DNA of 50,625 nt from contig NZ_JBLKSS010000008.1 of the NCBI RefSeq assembly GCF_047607725.1, positions 1 through 50,625 on the forward strand, read 5' to 3'. The position numbers were made by a program, and so were the translations under genes. Source of the stretch: Sodalis sp. (in: enterobacteria). GTDB lineage: Bacteria; Pseudomonadota; Gammaproteobacteria; Enterobacterales; Enterobacteriaceae. Below, piece after piece: positions 1 to 9,433 of this stretch (positions are counted from its first letter, which is position 1; each line of letters opens with the position of its first letter). The notes under the pieces are model-generated. The model ran no database searches. It worked only from the letters and a program-made list of their open reading frames with translations, and had not been told where the DNA came from.

Positions 1-80
1 GCGAATCACTACGCAAAGAGCAAGGAGTAGCCAGCACAGGAAAAATAGACTAAAACTGAGTCAGAAGATGAGCGAACACG

Positions 81-172
81 TGATCGAATATCACTGGAAT
101 GGGTGATCGGAAAATATCGGAATAACTGATCGGATGTCGCTGGAACAGATGATCGGATACGTCGGAATCTGC
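81..172. repeat. Four tandem ~23-bp units, each starting TGATCG. Heptamer NTCGGA(A/T) is phased every 10-12 bp (8 copies).
   Basis: Read directly. TGATCG occurs at 81, 104, 127 and 150, an exact 23-bp period. Heptamers occur at about 82, 94, 105, 116, 128, 139, 151 and 161. Confidence 0.7.
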
Positions 173-566
173 ACTAATTATAAACAACGTGAATTAGTTA
201 TTTTTATTACACCCACCCGCATATCAGGATAGACTACCGCCGCTTAAACCGGACGAAAGCGGGTATGTGGTAACAATTTATGCGTTTTTTTCGTTATCAA
301 TTTGACGCTGTCGGCGATTTCGCTTACAAGGGTAACCCATTGAGCATCGCTGATTTTGCGGCAAATGTCATACCGGTGGTGATACCGGGGATCCGGCTTG
401 CGGTGTAGGCATCAATTTAATCGGTTGCCAAACTACCCGGAGTGTTGAGATAATTTTCGCCTGATTCTCGCACTAACGCTCATGAGGTTTCAGTTTAGGT
501 CCCGCCGCTAATTTGATTGGCGGGGCGGGTTGTCATTAACGAATAATCTTAGTAATACCGAAAAAC

Positions 567-1088
567 ATGGCAGAGAAACGCAATATCTTTCTGGTTGGGC
601 CTATGGGTGCCGGCAAAAGCACCATTGGGCGTCAGTTGGCTCAACAACTTAATATGGAGCTTTTCGATTCTGATCAAGAGATTGAGCGACGCACTGGGGC
701 TGATGTAGGCTGGGTATTTGATGTGGAAGGCGAAGACGGCTTCCGCGATCGAGAAGAAAAAGTCATCAACGAACTGACCGAAAAGCAGGGGATTGTGCTG
801 GCTACCGGCGGTGGCTCCGTGAAATCGCGCGAAACACGCAACCGCCTCTCCGCCCGCGGTGTGGTTGTTTATCTCGAAACCACCATTGAAAAACAGCTGG
901 CCCGTACGCAGCGTGATAAGAAACGCCCGCTGTTGCAAGTAGAAGCTCCGCCGCGCGACGTCCTGGAAGCGCTGGCTCGCGAGCGTAACCCGCTGTATGA
1001 AGAAATAGCGGACGTCACTATCCGCACCGACGAACAAAGCGCCAAGGTTGTTGCTAACCAAATTATCAATATGCTGGAAAGCAGCTAA
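567..1088 (+). CDS. aroK: shikimate kinase I
   Basis: 173-aa ORF with Walker [10 protein letters not shown], near-identical along its full length to recalled E. coli AroK. aroB follows, as in E. coli. Confidence 0.95.
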   Translation: MAEKRNIFLVGPMGAGKSTIGRQLAQQLNMELFDSDQEIERRTGADVGWVFDVEGEDGFRDREEKVINELTEKQGIVLATGGGSVKSRETRNRLSARGVVVYLETTIEKQLARTQRDKKRPLLQVEAPPRDVLEALARERNPLYEEIADVTIRTDEQSAKVVANQIINMLESS

Positions 1089-1128
1089 TCTGAATTAACG
1101 AGATGCCGAAAAGGTCATTGAGCGTCCC

Positions 1129-2214
1129 ATGGAGAGGATTACCATTACATTAGGGGAGCGCAGCTACCCGGTTACCATTGCCGCCGGGTTATTCAATGAT
1201 CCGGCGTCTTTTTGGCCGTTAACGCGTGGCGATAACGCCCTGCTGGTGACCAATGACCGCCTCGCGCCTTTGTATCTGGACTCCCTGAGTGGGCGACTGA
1301 GCCAGGCCGGCATCAAGGTCGATCGGGTGGTCTTGCACGACGGCGAGCAGAACAAATCGCTGACGGTGCTGGATCAGGTTTTCACCGCGCTGTTGGCCAA
1401 ACCCCATGGCCGCGATACCACCATCATCGCGCTCGGTGGCGGCGTCATCGGTGATCTGGCCGGCTTCGCCGCCGCCAGCTATCAGCGGGGCGTGCGTTTT
1501 ATTCAGGTTCCCACCACGCTACTTTCTCAGGTCGACTCGTCGGTAGGCGGTAAAACCGCGGTCAACCATCCTCTCGGCAAGAACATGATCGGCGCCTTCT
1601 ATCAGCCCGCCTCGGTGGTTATCGATTTGGACTGTCTGAATACGCTGCCGCGGCGGGAATTATCCTCAGGCCTGGCGGAAGTCATCAAGTACGGTATTAT
1701 TCTTGATGCGGCGTTTTTCGCGTGGCTTGAGGACAATCTTGACGCGCTGCTGGCGCTGGAGCCCCAGGCGCTCGCCTATTGCATCCGCCGCTGCTGCCAG
1801 CTGAAGGCGGACGTGGTGGCCGAGGATGAACGCGAGCAGGGGCAGCGCGCGCTGCTTAATCTCGGTCACACCTACGGCCACGCCATCGAAACCCATATGG
1901 GTTATGGCAACTGGCTGCATGGCGAAGTCGTGGCCGCCGGAATGATGATGGCGGTGCGCGCCGCGCGCCGCCTCGGTCAGTTCAGCGATACGGACGCCGA
2001 GCGGGTCAGCGCGCTGTTGCTGCGTGCCGGCCTGCCGGTCAGCGGGCCGGCGGAAATGGCTGCGGAAGATTACTTGCCGCATATGATGCGCGACAAAAAA
2101 GTCATCGCCGGCCAGCTACGTCTGGTGCTGCCGGTGACGCTCGGCAACGCTGAAGTGCGCGCCGGCGTGGCTGATGATATGGTGGTGGCATCGATTAAGG
2201 ATTGCCAGGCCTGA
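1129..2214 (+). CDS. aroB: 3-dehydroquinate synthase
   Basis: 361-aa ORF of E. coli-like length and sequence, in the aroK-aroB-damX-dam context. Confidence 0.95.
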   Translation: MERITITLGERSYPVTIAAGLFNDPASFWPLTRGDNALLVTNDRLAPLYLDSLSGRLSQAGIKVDRVVLHDGEQNKSLTVLDQVFTALLAKPHGRDTTIIALGGGVIGDLAGFAAASYQRGVRFIQVPTTLLSQVDSSVGGKTAVNHPLGKNMIGAFYQPASVVIDLDCLNTLPRRELSSGLAEVIKYGIILDAAFFAWLEDNLDALLALEPQALAYCIRRCCQLKADVVAEDEREQGQRALLNLGHTYGHAIETHMGYGNWLHGEVVAAGMMMAVRAARRLGQFSDTDAERVSALLLRAGLPVSGPAEMAAEDYLPHMMRDKKVIAGQLRLVLPVTLGNAEVRAGVADDMVVASIKDCQA

Positions 2215-2317
2215 GCCGGTCGGCCGCACGCCAGGGCGCGTGGCATGGCCGGTTTAGTGTGATAACCCTTCCCGCGCTCCGGCGCTGGAAAAACCCCTCT
2301 CAGTCGGAGAGTTTTAT

Positions 2318-3284
2318 ATGGATGAGTTCAAGTCGGAAGACGAACTGAGACCCGATAGCAGCGATCGCCGTCCCCCCCCCGCCAGCGGAAAGGTCCTACC
2401 GTGCTGAAAGTGCCGGTATCCAGACAGCATTTGATGATAGGTATCGGCATTCTGGTGCTGCTGTTGCTGGTGATTAGCATTGGTTCGGCGCTCAAATCTC
2501 CGTCGCGTACCGATTCAAGCCGCCAAGGCGCTGACAATAACGGCCAGCGTAATATCGATCTCTCCGGCTCGACCTCCGGCTCCGACGCCACGCCGTCCTC
2601 CCCTGGCGCCACCGCGCCGCAAGAGCTGCGTGGGCCGCAGGTCGCCCCAACGCCAACGGAAGCCGCGCCGGTCACCACACCGAGCGGGCAGCAGCGCGTG
2701 GAATTACCGGGCAATATGGCCGACGCGCTGTCCCAGTAGGGAAATCAGGTTAACGGCGTGGCCGCGCAAATGAACGGTCAGGTGCCGGTTTCGACCCTAC
2801 CCACCGCGACGGCCACTCTGACGCCGGGCAGCCGCAGCGGCGCACAACAGAACAAATCACCGGCGAAGGCGCCTGCCGCCGCACGCCGCGAACCGAAACA
2901 AACGCCAATGGTGCCGAGCGCCGGCCGCCAGCGCGCCGAAAGCGACCTCGAGCGCCCGAGCGCCGTCCGCCTCTTCGCCGTCCGCAGCCGCGGGCAGCAC
3001 AGCGGGAACGATTCAATCTGCACCTGCCGGTTTATTACACGCTGCAGTTAAGCAGCGCTTCGCAGTCGGCTACGCTTAACGCCTATGCGTGCCAACAGCA
3101 GTTGAGCCATTATTGGGTGTATCAGACCCGCCGCGATGGCAAGCCTTGGTACGTGCTGGTAAACGGGGTTTATCCTTCGCTGTCGCAGGCCAAAAACGCG
3201 GTGGCGCAATTGCCCGCTGATGTGCAGGCCCAGAAACCCTGGGCGCGGCAAATCGGTCAGGTTAAAAAGGACCAAAATAATTAA
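2318..3284 (+). pseudogene. damX: damX (SPOR-domain cell-division protein), inactivated
   Basis: ATG at 2318 encodes MDEFKSEDELRPDSSDRR, like the DamX N-terminus, then hits TGA after a C9 run (2372-2380). The TM segment (LMIGIGILVLLLLVISIGSALKSP) is in another frame from 2401. There is an in-frame TAG at 2737-2739. The SPOR domain (YTLQLSS...HYWVYQTRRDGKPWYVLVNGVY...PADVQAQKPWAR) lies in a third frame and ends at 3284. Confidence 0.85.
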
Positions 3285-3367
3285 GCGTTCCTGAAGATAG
3301 CGCTGTAGCGCTATGGTAAACAGGGTACAATCCGCGGCTCTGAAGAGTGTGAGTAAGTAGCGAAGGC

Positions 3368-4180
3368 ATGAAGAAGAACCGCGCGTTTTTGAAATGGGCC
3401 GGCGGCAAGTACCCGCTGATTGAGGCTATCCGCCGTCACCTGCCGGCGGGCGATTGCCTGATAGAGCCTTTTGTCGGCGCCGGCTCGGTGTTCCTCAATA
3501 CGGATTACGACCGCTACATCCTCGCTGACATAAACAGTGATCTCATCAATCTGTTCAATATCGTTAAAGAGCGCCCGAACGACTTTATCCGCGACGCCCG
3601 TGAGTTATTTGCCGCTGACGCCAACATCTCGGAGGTTTACTACCTGCTGCGCCGCGAGTTTAATCTCTGTACGGACGCCCACCGGCGCGCGGTATTGTTT
3701 CTTTATCTCAACCGGCATTGCTACAACGGCCTGTGCCGATATAACCTGAGCGGTGAGTTCAACGTCCCTTTCGGCCGCTATAAAAAGCCGTATTTTCCGG
3801 AGTTGGAACTTTACCGGTTCGCCGAGAAAGCCCGCCGGGCAGTGTTTGTCTGCGAGCACTATCAGCAAACGCTATCTCGCGCCGTACCGGGCTCGGTGGT
3901 GTATTGTGATCCGCCCTATGTGCCGCTCTCTACCACCGCGAACTTTACGGCATACCATACTAATAGCTTCAATTTGACCGAACAGCAGAATCTGGTGCGC
4001 CTCGCCAGCCAGCTGGCTCGCGAAAGCCGGATACCGGTGCTGATTTCCAATCACGATACCGCGCTGACCCGGAAATGGTATGGCGATGCGGTGCTGCATC
4101 ATGTCACGGCGCGACGGACCATCAGCAGCAATATCTTCGGGCGCAGCAGCGTAAATGAGCTGTTGGCGTTATATCTTTGA
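3368..4180 (+). CDS. dam: DNA adenine (GATC) methyltransferase
   Basis: 270-aa ORF starting MKKNRAFLKWAGGKYPL, with the DPPY motif (YCDPPYVPL). The ORF is intact. Confidence 0.95.
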   Translation: MKKNRAFLKWAGGKYPLIEAIRRHLPAGDCLIEPFVGAGSVFLNTDYDRYILADINSDLINLFNIVKERPNDFIRDARELFAADANISEVYYLLRREFNLCTDAHRRAVLFLYLNRHCYNGLCRYNLSGEFNVPFGRYKKPYFPELELYRFAEKARRAVFVCEHYQQTLSRAVPGSVVYCDPPYVPLSTTANFTAYHTNSFNLTEQQNLVRLASQLARESRIPVLISNHDTALTRKWYGDAVLHHVTARRTISSNIFGRSSVNELLALYL

Positions 4181-4227
4181 GCGGGGTCGCCCCGCCGCAG
4201 ACTGACCGTAACTGACGGGAGACATGG

Positions 4228-4908
4228 ATGAAAAACTTTTTAATCGCCCCTTCCATCCTTTCCGCGGATTTCGCCCTCCTGGGTGAAGATACCGCCCGAG
4301 TGATATCCGCCGGGGCGGACGTCGTGCATTTTGATGTGATGGATAATCATTATGTTCCTAATCTGACCATGGGGCCGATGGTGCTTAAAGCGCTGCACAG
4401 CTATGGCATTACCGCTCCCATTGATGTGCATTTGATGGTGAGACCGGTCGATCGCTTGATCCCGGATTTTGCCGCCGCCGGCGCGAGTTATATTACCTTT
4501 CACCCGGAGGCATCGGAACATATCGACCGCTCGCTGCAGCTCATCAAGGAGCACGGTTGCAAGGCCGGACTGGTATTTAATCCCGCCACGCCCCTGAGCT
4601 GCCTTGAGTATGTGCTGGATAAGCTTGATGTCATCCTGCTGATGTCAGTCAACCCCGGTTTCGGCGGTCAGTCGTTCTTACCCTCTACGCTGGATAAACT
4701 GCGCCAGGCGCGGCGGCTAATCGATCTTAGCGGCAGGGATATCCGGCTGGAGGTGGACGGCGGCGTCAAAGTGGACAACATCGGCGCTATCGCCGCCGCG
4801 GGCGCCGATATGTTCGTCGCCGGCTCCGCCATATTCAGCCAGCCGGATTACCGTACCGTCATCGATGCCATGCGTCACGAATTGGCGGGAGCGGTGGGGA
4901 ATGCGTGA
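4228..4908 (+). CDS. rpe: ribulose-phosphate 3-epimerase
   Basis: 226-aa ORF with full-length similarity to E. coli Rpe, in the dam-rpe-gph-trpS order. Confidence 0.95.
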   Translation: MKNFLIAPSILSADFALLGEDTARVISAGADVVHFDVMDNHYVPNLTMGPMVLKALHSYGITAPIDVHLMVRPVDRLIPDFAAAGASYITFHPEASEHIDRSLQLIKEHGCKAGLVFNPATPLSCLEYVLDKLDVILLMSVNPGFGGQSFLPSTLDKLRQARRLIDLSGRDIRLEVDGGVKVDNIGAIAAAGADMFVAGSAIFSQPDYRTVIDAMRHELAGAVGNA

Positions 4909-5602
4909 AGAACGGCCTATCCACGGTATCGTGTTTGATCTTGATGGCAACCTAACCGACAGCGCCCCCGGCTTAACCGCCGCTCTCGATCGGACGCTTT
5001 CAGAGCAGGGCCTGCCCCCGGCCGGCCTGGCGCGTATCGCCACCTGGATCGGCAACGGCGCCGATGTGCTGGTGGCGCGCGCGCTGCGCTGGGCTACCCA
5101 GACGGAACCGGACGCCGTGCTGCAGCGCGCCACCCGCCGGCGCTTCGATGAGCATTATGCCGGAACGGTGGCGGCGGGCAGTACACTGTTTCCCGAGATC
5201 GCGGATACGCTGGCGCGGCTGGCGCTTCAGGGGCTGCCGATGGCGGTGGTGACCAACAAGCCCACGCCCTTCGTCGCGCCGCTGCTGGCCTCGCTCGGCA
5301 TTGAGCGCCATTTCGCGCTGATTATCGGCGGCGATGACGTTTCGGCCAAAAAGCCGCACCCGGCTCCGCTTTATCTGGTGCTCGGCCATTTGGGGCTTTA
5401 TGCCCGCGAGCTGCTGTTCGTCGGCGATTCACGTAATGATATCCTCGCGGCCAAAGCTGCCGGCTGCCCAAGCGCCGGCATGACCTATGGCTATAACTAC
5501 GGTGAAGCGATCACCTTGAGTCATCCGGATTACGTTCTGGACCGTTTTGCCGATCTTTTGCCCGTGCTCAGGCTGTCACCTTCCGTTAATCAGGACGTTT
5601 AA
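4901..5602 (+). CDS. gph: phosphoglycolate phosphatase (HAD family)
   Basis: ATG at 4901 overlaps the rpe stop by 8 nt. HAD motifs FDLDGNL, VTNKP and GDSRNDI are present. The protein is about 19 aa shorter than the recalled E. coli Gph in the cap region. Confidence 0.85.
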   Translation: MREERPIHGIVFDLDGNLTDSAPGLTAALDRTLSEQGLPPAGLARIATWIGNGADVLVARALRWATQTEPDAVLQRATRRRFDEHYAGTVAAGSTLFPEIADTLARLALQGLPMAVVTNKPTPFVAPLLASLGIERHFALIIGGDDVSAKKPHPAPLYLVLGHLGLYARELLFVGDSRNDILAAKAAGCPSAGMTYGYNYGEAITLSHPDYVLDRFADLLPVLRLSPSVNQDV

Positions 5603-5603
5603 A

Positions 5604-6608
5604 ATGAGTAAGCCCATCGTATTCAGCGGCGCGCAGCCGTCAGGAGAATTGACCATTGGCAACTATATGGGTGCGCTGCGTCAGTGGGTCAGTATGCAGG
5701 ATGATTATGACTGTATTTATTGTATCGTTGACCTGCATGCCATCACCGCCCGTCAGGATGCCCCGCAGCTGCGCAAGGCGACGTTGGATGTTCTGGCGCT
5801 GTATCTGGCCTGCGGTATCGATCCCGCCAGAAGTACGGTTTTCATTCAGTCGCACGTGCCGGAGCATAGCCAGCTGGGCTGGCTGTTGAACTGTTATACC
5901 TATTTCGGCGAACTGAGCCGGATGACCCAGTTCAAGGATAAATCGGCCCGTTACGCCGAAAACATCAACGCCGGGTTGTTTGATTATCCGGTGCTGATGG
6001 CGGCGGATATTCTGCTCTATCAGACCAATCAGGTGCCGGTCGGGGAAGATCAGAAACAGCACTTGGAGCTCAGCCGCGATATCGCCAAGCGGTTCAATGC
6101 GCTATATGGCGACATTTTTACCATTCCGGAGCCGTTTATTCCTAAATCCGGCACACGGGTGATGTCGTTGCTGGATCCGACGAAAAAGATGTCGAAATCA
6201 GATGATAACCGCAATAACGTGATTACGCTGCTTGAAGATCCGAAATCCGTGGTCAAGAAACTCAAGCGTGCGGTAACCGATTCCGACGAACCGCCGGTGG
6301 TGCGATACGATCCCGTGACGAAACCCGGCGTTTCCAATTTGCTGGATATTCTCTCAGGCGTGACCGGCACGCCGGTGGCTGAGCTGGAGCAGGCGTTTGC
6401 CGGCAAAATGTACGGCCATCTGAAAACCGCCGTCGCGGATGCGGTGTCGGAAATGCTGACCTCGTTACAGGCCCGCTACCATGCCCTACGCGCCGACGAA
6501 GCCTATCTGAATCACGTCCTGCGCGACGGGGCGGAAAAAGCCCGCGCTCAGGCCAGCGTGACCCTGGCCAAGGTCTATGAAGCGGTGGGCTTTGTCGCCA
6601 AACCCTGA
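5604..6608 (+). CDS. trpS: tryptophan--tRNA ligase
   Basis: 334 aa from ATG 5604 ([23 protein letters not shown]), with the KMSKS motif. Length equals E. coli TrpS. Confidence 0.95.
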   Translation: MSKPIVFSGAQPSGELTIGNYMGALRQWVSMQDDYDCIYCIVDLHAITARQDAPQLRKATLDVLALYLACGIDPARSTVFIQSHVPEHSQLGWLLNCYTYFGELSRMTQFKDKSARYAENINAGLFDYPVLMAADILLYQTNQVPVGEDQKQHLELSRDIAKRFNALYGDIFTIPEPFIPKSGTRVMSLLDPTKKMSKSDDNRNNVITLLEDPKSVVKKLKRAVTDSDEPPVVRYDPVTKPGVSNLLDILSGVTGTPVAELEQAFAGKMYGHLKTAVADAVSEMLTSLQARYHALRADEAYLNHVLRDGAEKARAQASVTLAKVYEAVGFVAKP

Positions 6609-6780
6609 GTTATTCACCCCCCACGCGCGCCCAGCCTGATGCCGGTATGCTCAGGCCGGACACGCCTTTTCTCACGCTTTTTCTGCGCCGCCCGGTAAAG
6701 GTAATGAATTATAAGCGGTTGTTATTCTGCCGCGGTTACGCTATCTATCATTCAGGCCCCTGATAAAAGCGAGGTAACCC

Positions 6781-8061
6781 GTGCCTAATCCCCTGCTGCA
6801 GACTATCAGTCACGTCCGACTGCCCTGGCGTGAAGGTTTATGGCAAATCACCCTCGAGCAGGGAATCATCCGCCGTCTGGCGCCACAAAATTACGGCCAG
6901 CGGGACGGCGAAGGGGTCCTCAACGCCGAGGGCGGATTGGCTATACCACCCTTTGTGGAACCCCATATTCATCTTGATACCACCCAAACCGCTAGCGACC
7001 CGCGCTGGAATGAGTCCGGCACGCTGTTTGAGGGTATTGCCCGCTGGGCGGAGCGCAAGGCCGAGCTGACCCACGAGGACGTCAAAACCCGCGCCTGGCA
7101 GACGCTGAAGTGGCAGATCGCAAACGGCATTCAGCACGTACGCAGCCATGTGGACGTCTCCGATCCGTCGCTGACGGCTTTAAAAGCGCTGTTGGAAGTC
7201 AAGCAGGAAGCGGCGCCCTGGGTGGATTTACAGCTGGTGGCGTTTCCCCAGGAGGGGATCCTCTCTTTCCCGGACGGCGAGGCCCTGTTGGAGGAGGCGT
7301 TGCGGCTGGGCGCGGATGTGGTTGGCGCGATCCCCCATTATGAATTTACCCGCGAGTATGGCATCGCGTCTTTGCATAAAGTTTTCGCGTTGGCGCAAAA
7401 GTACGATCGGCTGGTGGACGTTCATTGCGACGAGATAGATGACGAACAGTCGCGCTTTGTGGAAACCGTGGCGCCGCTGGCGCTGGAGGCCCGCCTGGGC
7501 GGCAGGGTCACCGCCAGCCATACCACCGCCATGCATTCCTATAATGGCGCCTATACCGCGCGCCTGTTCCGCCTACTGAAAATGTCGGGCATCAATTTCG
7601 TCGCCAATCCGCTGGTGAATATCCACCTGCAGGGCCGTTTCGATGATTACCCAAAGCGCCGCGGCGTCACTCGCGTGAAAGAGATGCTGGCACAGGGCAT
7701 CAATGTCTGTTTCGGCCATGATGATGTGTTTGACCCCTGGTATCCCCTCGGCACCGGCAATATGCTGCAGGTGCTGCATATGGGCCTGCACGTATGCCAA
7801 TTGATGGGGTATGAGCAGATTAATAACGGGCTGAACCTGATTACCGGCAACGGCGCCCGGATGCTCAATCTGAGCGAGTACGGCATCAAATGCGGTTATC
7901 AGGCCAATTTGCTGATCCTGCCGGCGGAAAATGGTTTCGATGCCGTACGGCGCCAGACGCCGCCGCGCTATGTTATCCGCCGCGGGCGGGTGATAGCTCA
8001 GACCCAGCCGTCGCAGTCGATGCTCTGTTTGCAGGAGCCGGAGAGCGTAAATTTCCGCTAA
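6781..8061 (+). CDS. codA: cytosine deaminase
   Basis: 426 aa with a GTG start, as in E. coli codA. Contains the [16 protein letters not shown] metal motif and is collinear with E. coli CodA throughout. No codB lies upstream. Confidence 0.9.
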   Translation: MPNPLLQTISHVRLPWREGLWQITLEQGIIRRLAPQNYGQRDGEGVLNAEGGLAIPPFVEPHIHLDTTQTASDPRWNESGTLFEGIARWAERKAELTHEDVKTRAWQTLKWQIANGIQHVRSHVDVSDPSLTALKALLEVKQEAAPWVDLQLVAFPQEGILSFPDGEALLEEALRLGADVVGAIPHYEFTREYGIASLHKVFALAQKYDRLVDVHCDEIDDEQSRFVETVAPLALEARLGGRVTASHTTAMHSYNGAYTARLFRLLKMSGINFVANPLVNIHLQGRFDDYPKRRGVTRVKEMLAQGINVCFGHDDVFDPWYPLGTGNMLQVLHMGLHVCQLMGYEQINNGLNLITGNGARMLNLSEYGIKCGYQANLLILPAENGFDAVRRQTPPRYVIRRGRVIAQTQPSQSMLCLQEPESVNFR

Positions 8062-8073
8062 AAGGATCGCTCG

Positions 8074-8565
8074 CTATTGCCCGTCCTGCGCCGCTTCCGC
8101 CGCCGGGGTCAGCAAAGCGCAGGCTTCCAACTGCTGCGCTACCGTTTCGCCGATGCATTTTACCGCCGCCTCAATAGCCGGGGTCATGCGATTGGCGTAA
8201 TTGAGGCGCAGGCAGTGGCGGTATTTCCCGGAAGCGGAGAAAATGGGCCCCACCGCCACCTGTACGCCTTTGCTTTCCAATTGACGGTTTAGCCGCAGGG
8301 TATCAAACGCCGGCGGCAACTCTATCCACAGCAGAAATCCCCCCTGCGGTCGGCTGATCCGGGTCCCCGCCGGAAAATAACGCTGCACCCATTCCGTCAT
8401 GATGTCGCGATTTAGCTGATAGCGTGCGCGCATCCGGCTTACGTGCTTCAGGTAATGCCCCTGACGCAGAAATTCGGCAATGGCCAACTGCGGCTGTGTG
8501 GAAGTGGCGCCGGTGCCGATATATTTCATATGCAATACCTGCTCCATATAGCGTCCCGGTTCGAT
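8074..8565 (-). pseudogene. C-terminal fragment of a MocR/GntR-type PLP-dependent (aminotransferase-fold) transcriptional regulator
   Basis: Only about 160 C-terminal codons remain (…PGRYMEQVLHMKYIGTGATSTQPQLAIAEFLRQGHYLKHVSRMRARY…). Similarity stops exactly at the left inverted repeat of the MITE at 8566. Confidence 0.6.
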
Positions 8566-8905
8566 CGTAAGCGCCCCGTGGAGGACGTCTTGAATTATTG
8601 GTGGGTTTGTTGTATGGCCCGGTAAGAATATGTTCCACTACGATGCCTAGTGAACCCACATCCTATAAGGGACGGCTGTCAGATCATGGATAATCCGGCG
8701 ATGATAGTGTCCACTTAAATTTTAATGGACACTATCACAAACTTCAGAACCACTAATTTTATATCACTCAAATCGGGATGGAAATAAAAGTTATTAAAAT
8801 CAATACAATGTGAAAATGCAATGAGCATAAGCGTGTAACGTAGGTTTACTGTCTCGTACAACAAACCCACCAATAATTCAAGATGTCCTTCACGGGGCGC
8901 TTACG
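8566..8905. mobile_element. 340-bp MITE-like element with 49-bp terminal inverted repeats beginning (C)GTAAGCG, the IS66-family style end
   Basis: 8566-8614 (cgtaagcgccccgtggaggacgtcttgaattattggtgggtttgttgta) is the reverse complement of 8857-8905 with 2 mismatches. The AT-rich 242-bp interior is non-coding and holds an 11-bp-arm palindrome at 8703-8736. There is no matching target duplication. Confidence 0.65.
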
Positions 8906-9044
8906 TTAAAAGAGGGTGAGAATTTCAAAGAGTCAATTATCAGCATCTATGAAAAGGGACTGAAAAATAAAGCATCATCGACTGAAATTCTTATCGACAT
9001 TATCGTAAACACCTACGCGGCATTAGGTCATCAAGGGGGTAGCC

Positions 9045-9245
9045 ATGAGCAGATATTATAATCAGACACGCGTTGTCCATAATGGCCTTGAAAAATGGGA
9101 ATCAATCCATAACGGGTTTAACGTTTCTCGTAATGATAAAGGTCTTATCGTTATTGAATCTAACGAGATGGGCGTTGCGCACGTTAAATTTGAACTCACC
9201 GATGAGCAGCGCGACGATTTTGTGAAAGTCATTATGCAGGCATAA
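9045..9245 (+). CDS. hypothetical small phage-like protein (66 aa)
   Basis: ORF preceded by GGGGGT and overlapping the end of an upstream truncated ORF (8906-9061). I recognise no family. Confidence 0.45.
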   Translation: MSRYYNQTRVVHNGLEKWESIHNGFNVSRNDKGLIVIESNEMGVAHVKFELTDEQRDDFVKVIMQA

Positions 9246-9262
9246 ATAAGTCAGACATTCAT

Positions 9263-9433
9263 ATGCGCAAAATACTCAGGCGTAGAAAATTCCGTCTTTA
9301 CGGCGGACCTTACCACGGAGCTACTATTATGCTGTATTCTGAAAACACATTAATTTTCACGGCGAAAGGCCAGCACGGAAGATACAAAGGCACCCACCCC
9401 GATTTATATTGGGAGGCGCTGCGTGTCGGCTAG
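9263..9433 (+). CDS. hypothetical small basic protein (56 aa, MRKILRRRKFRLYGGPYHG...)
   Basis: ORF below the track cutoff, read manually. Its stop overlaps the GTG start of the helicase by 11 nt, suggesting translational coupling. Confidence 0.4.
   Translation: MRKILRRRKFRLYGGPYHGATIMLYSENTLIFTAKGQHGRYKGTHPDLYWEALRVG

Noticed and set aside
250-400. Possible remnant of the secretin gene hofQ upstream of aroK (the frame reads ...ANVIPVVIPGIRLAV-stop, faintly like the secretin VPxLGDIPxLGxLF C-terminus).
   Set aside because: The similarity is too short and gapped to support a call without a database search. It is mentioned only as context for the repeat array.
8557-8565. GGTTCGATC, resembling a tRNA T-loop, next to the MITE and island (a possible tRNA integration site).
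   Set aside because: No acceptor stem, anticodon arm or CCA context surrounds it. The bases are in-frame coding sequence of the MocR-like fragment.
8813-8823. An 11-nt direct repeat AAAATGCAATG, also present at 12478-12488 near the integrase promoter, as a candidate att core.
   Set aside because: The left copy lies inside the MITE rather than at the island edge. Both copies are in AT-rich DNA, where an 11-mer match is not very improbable.
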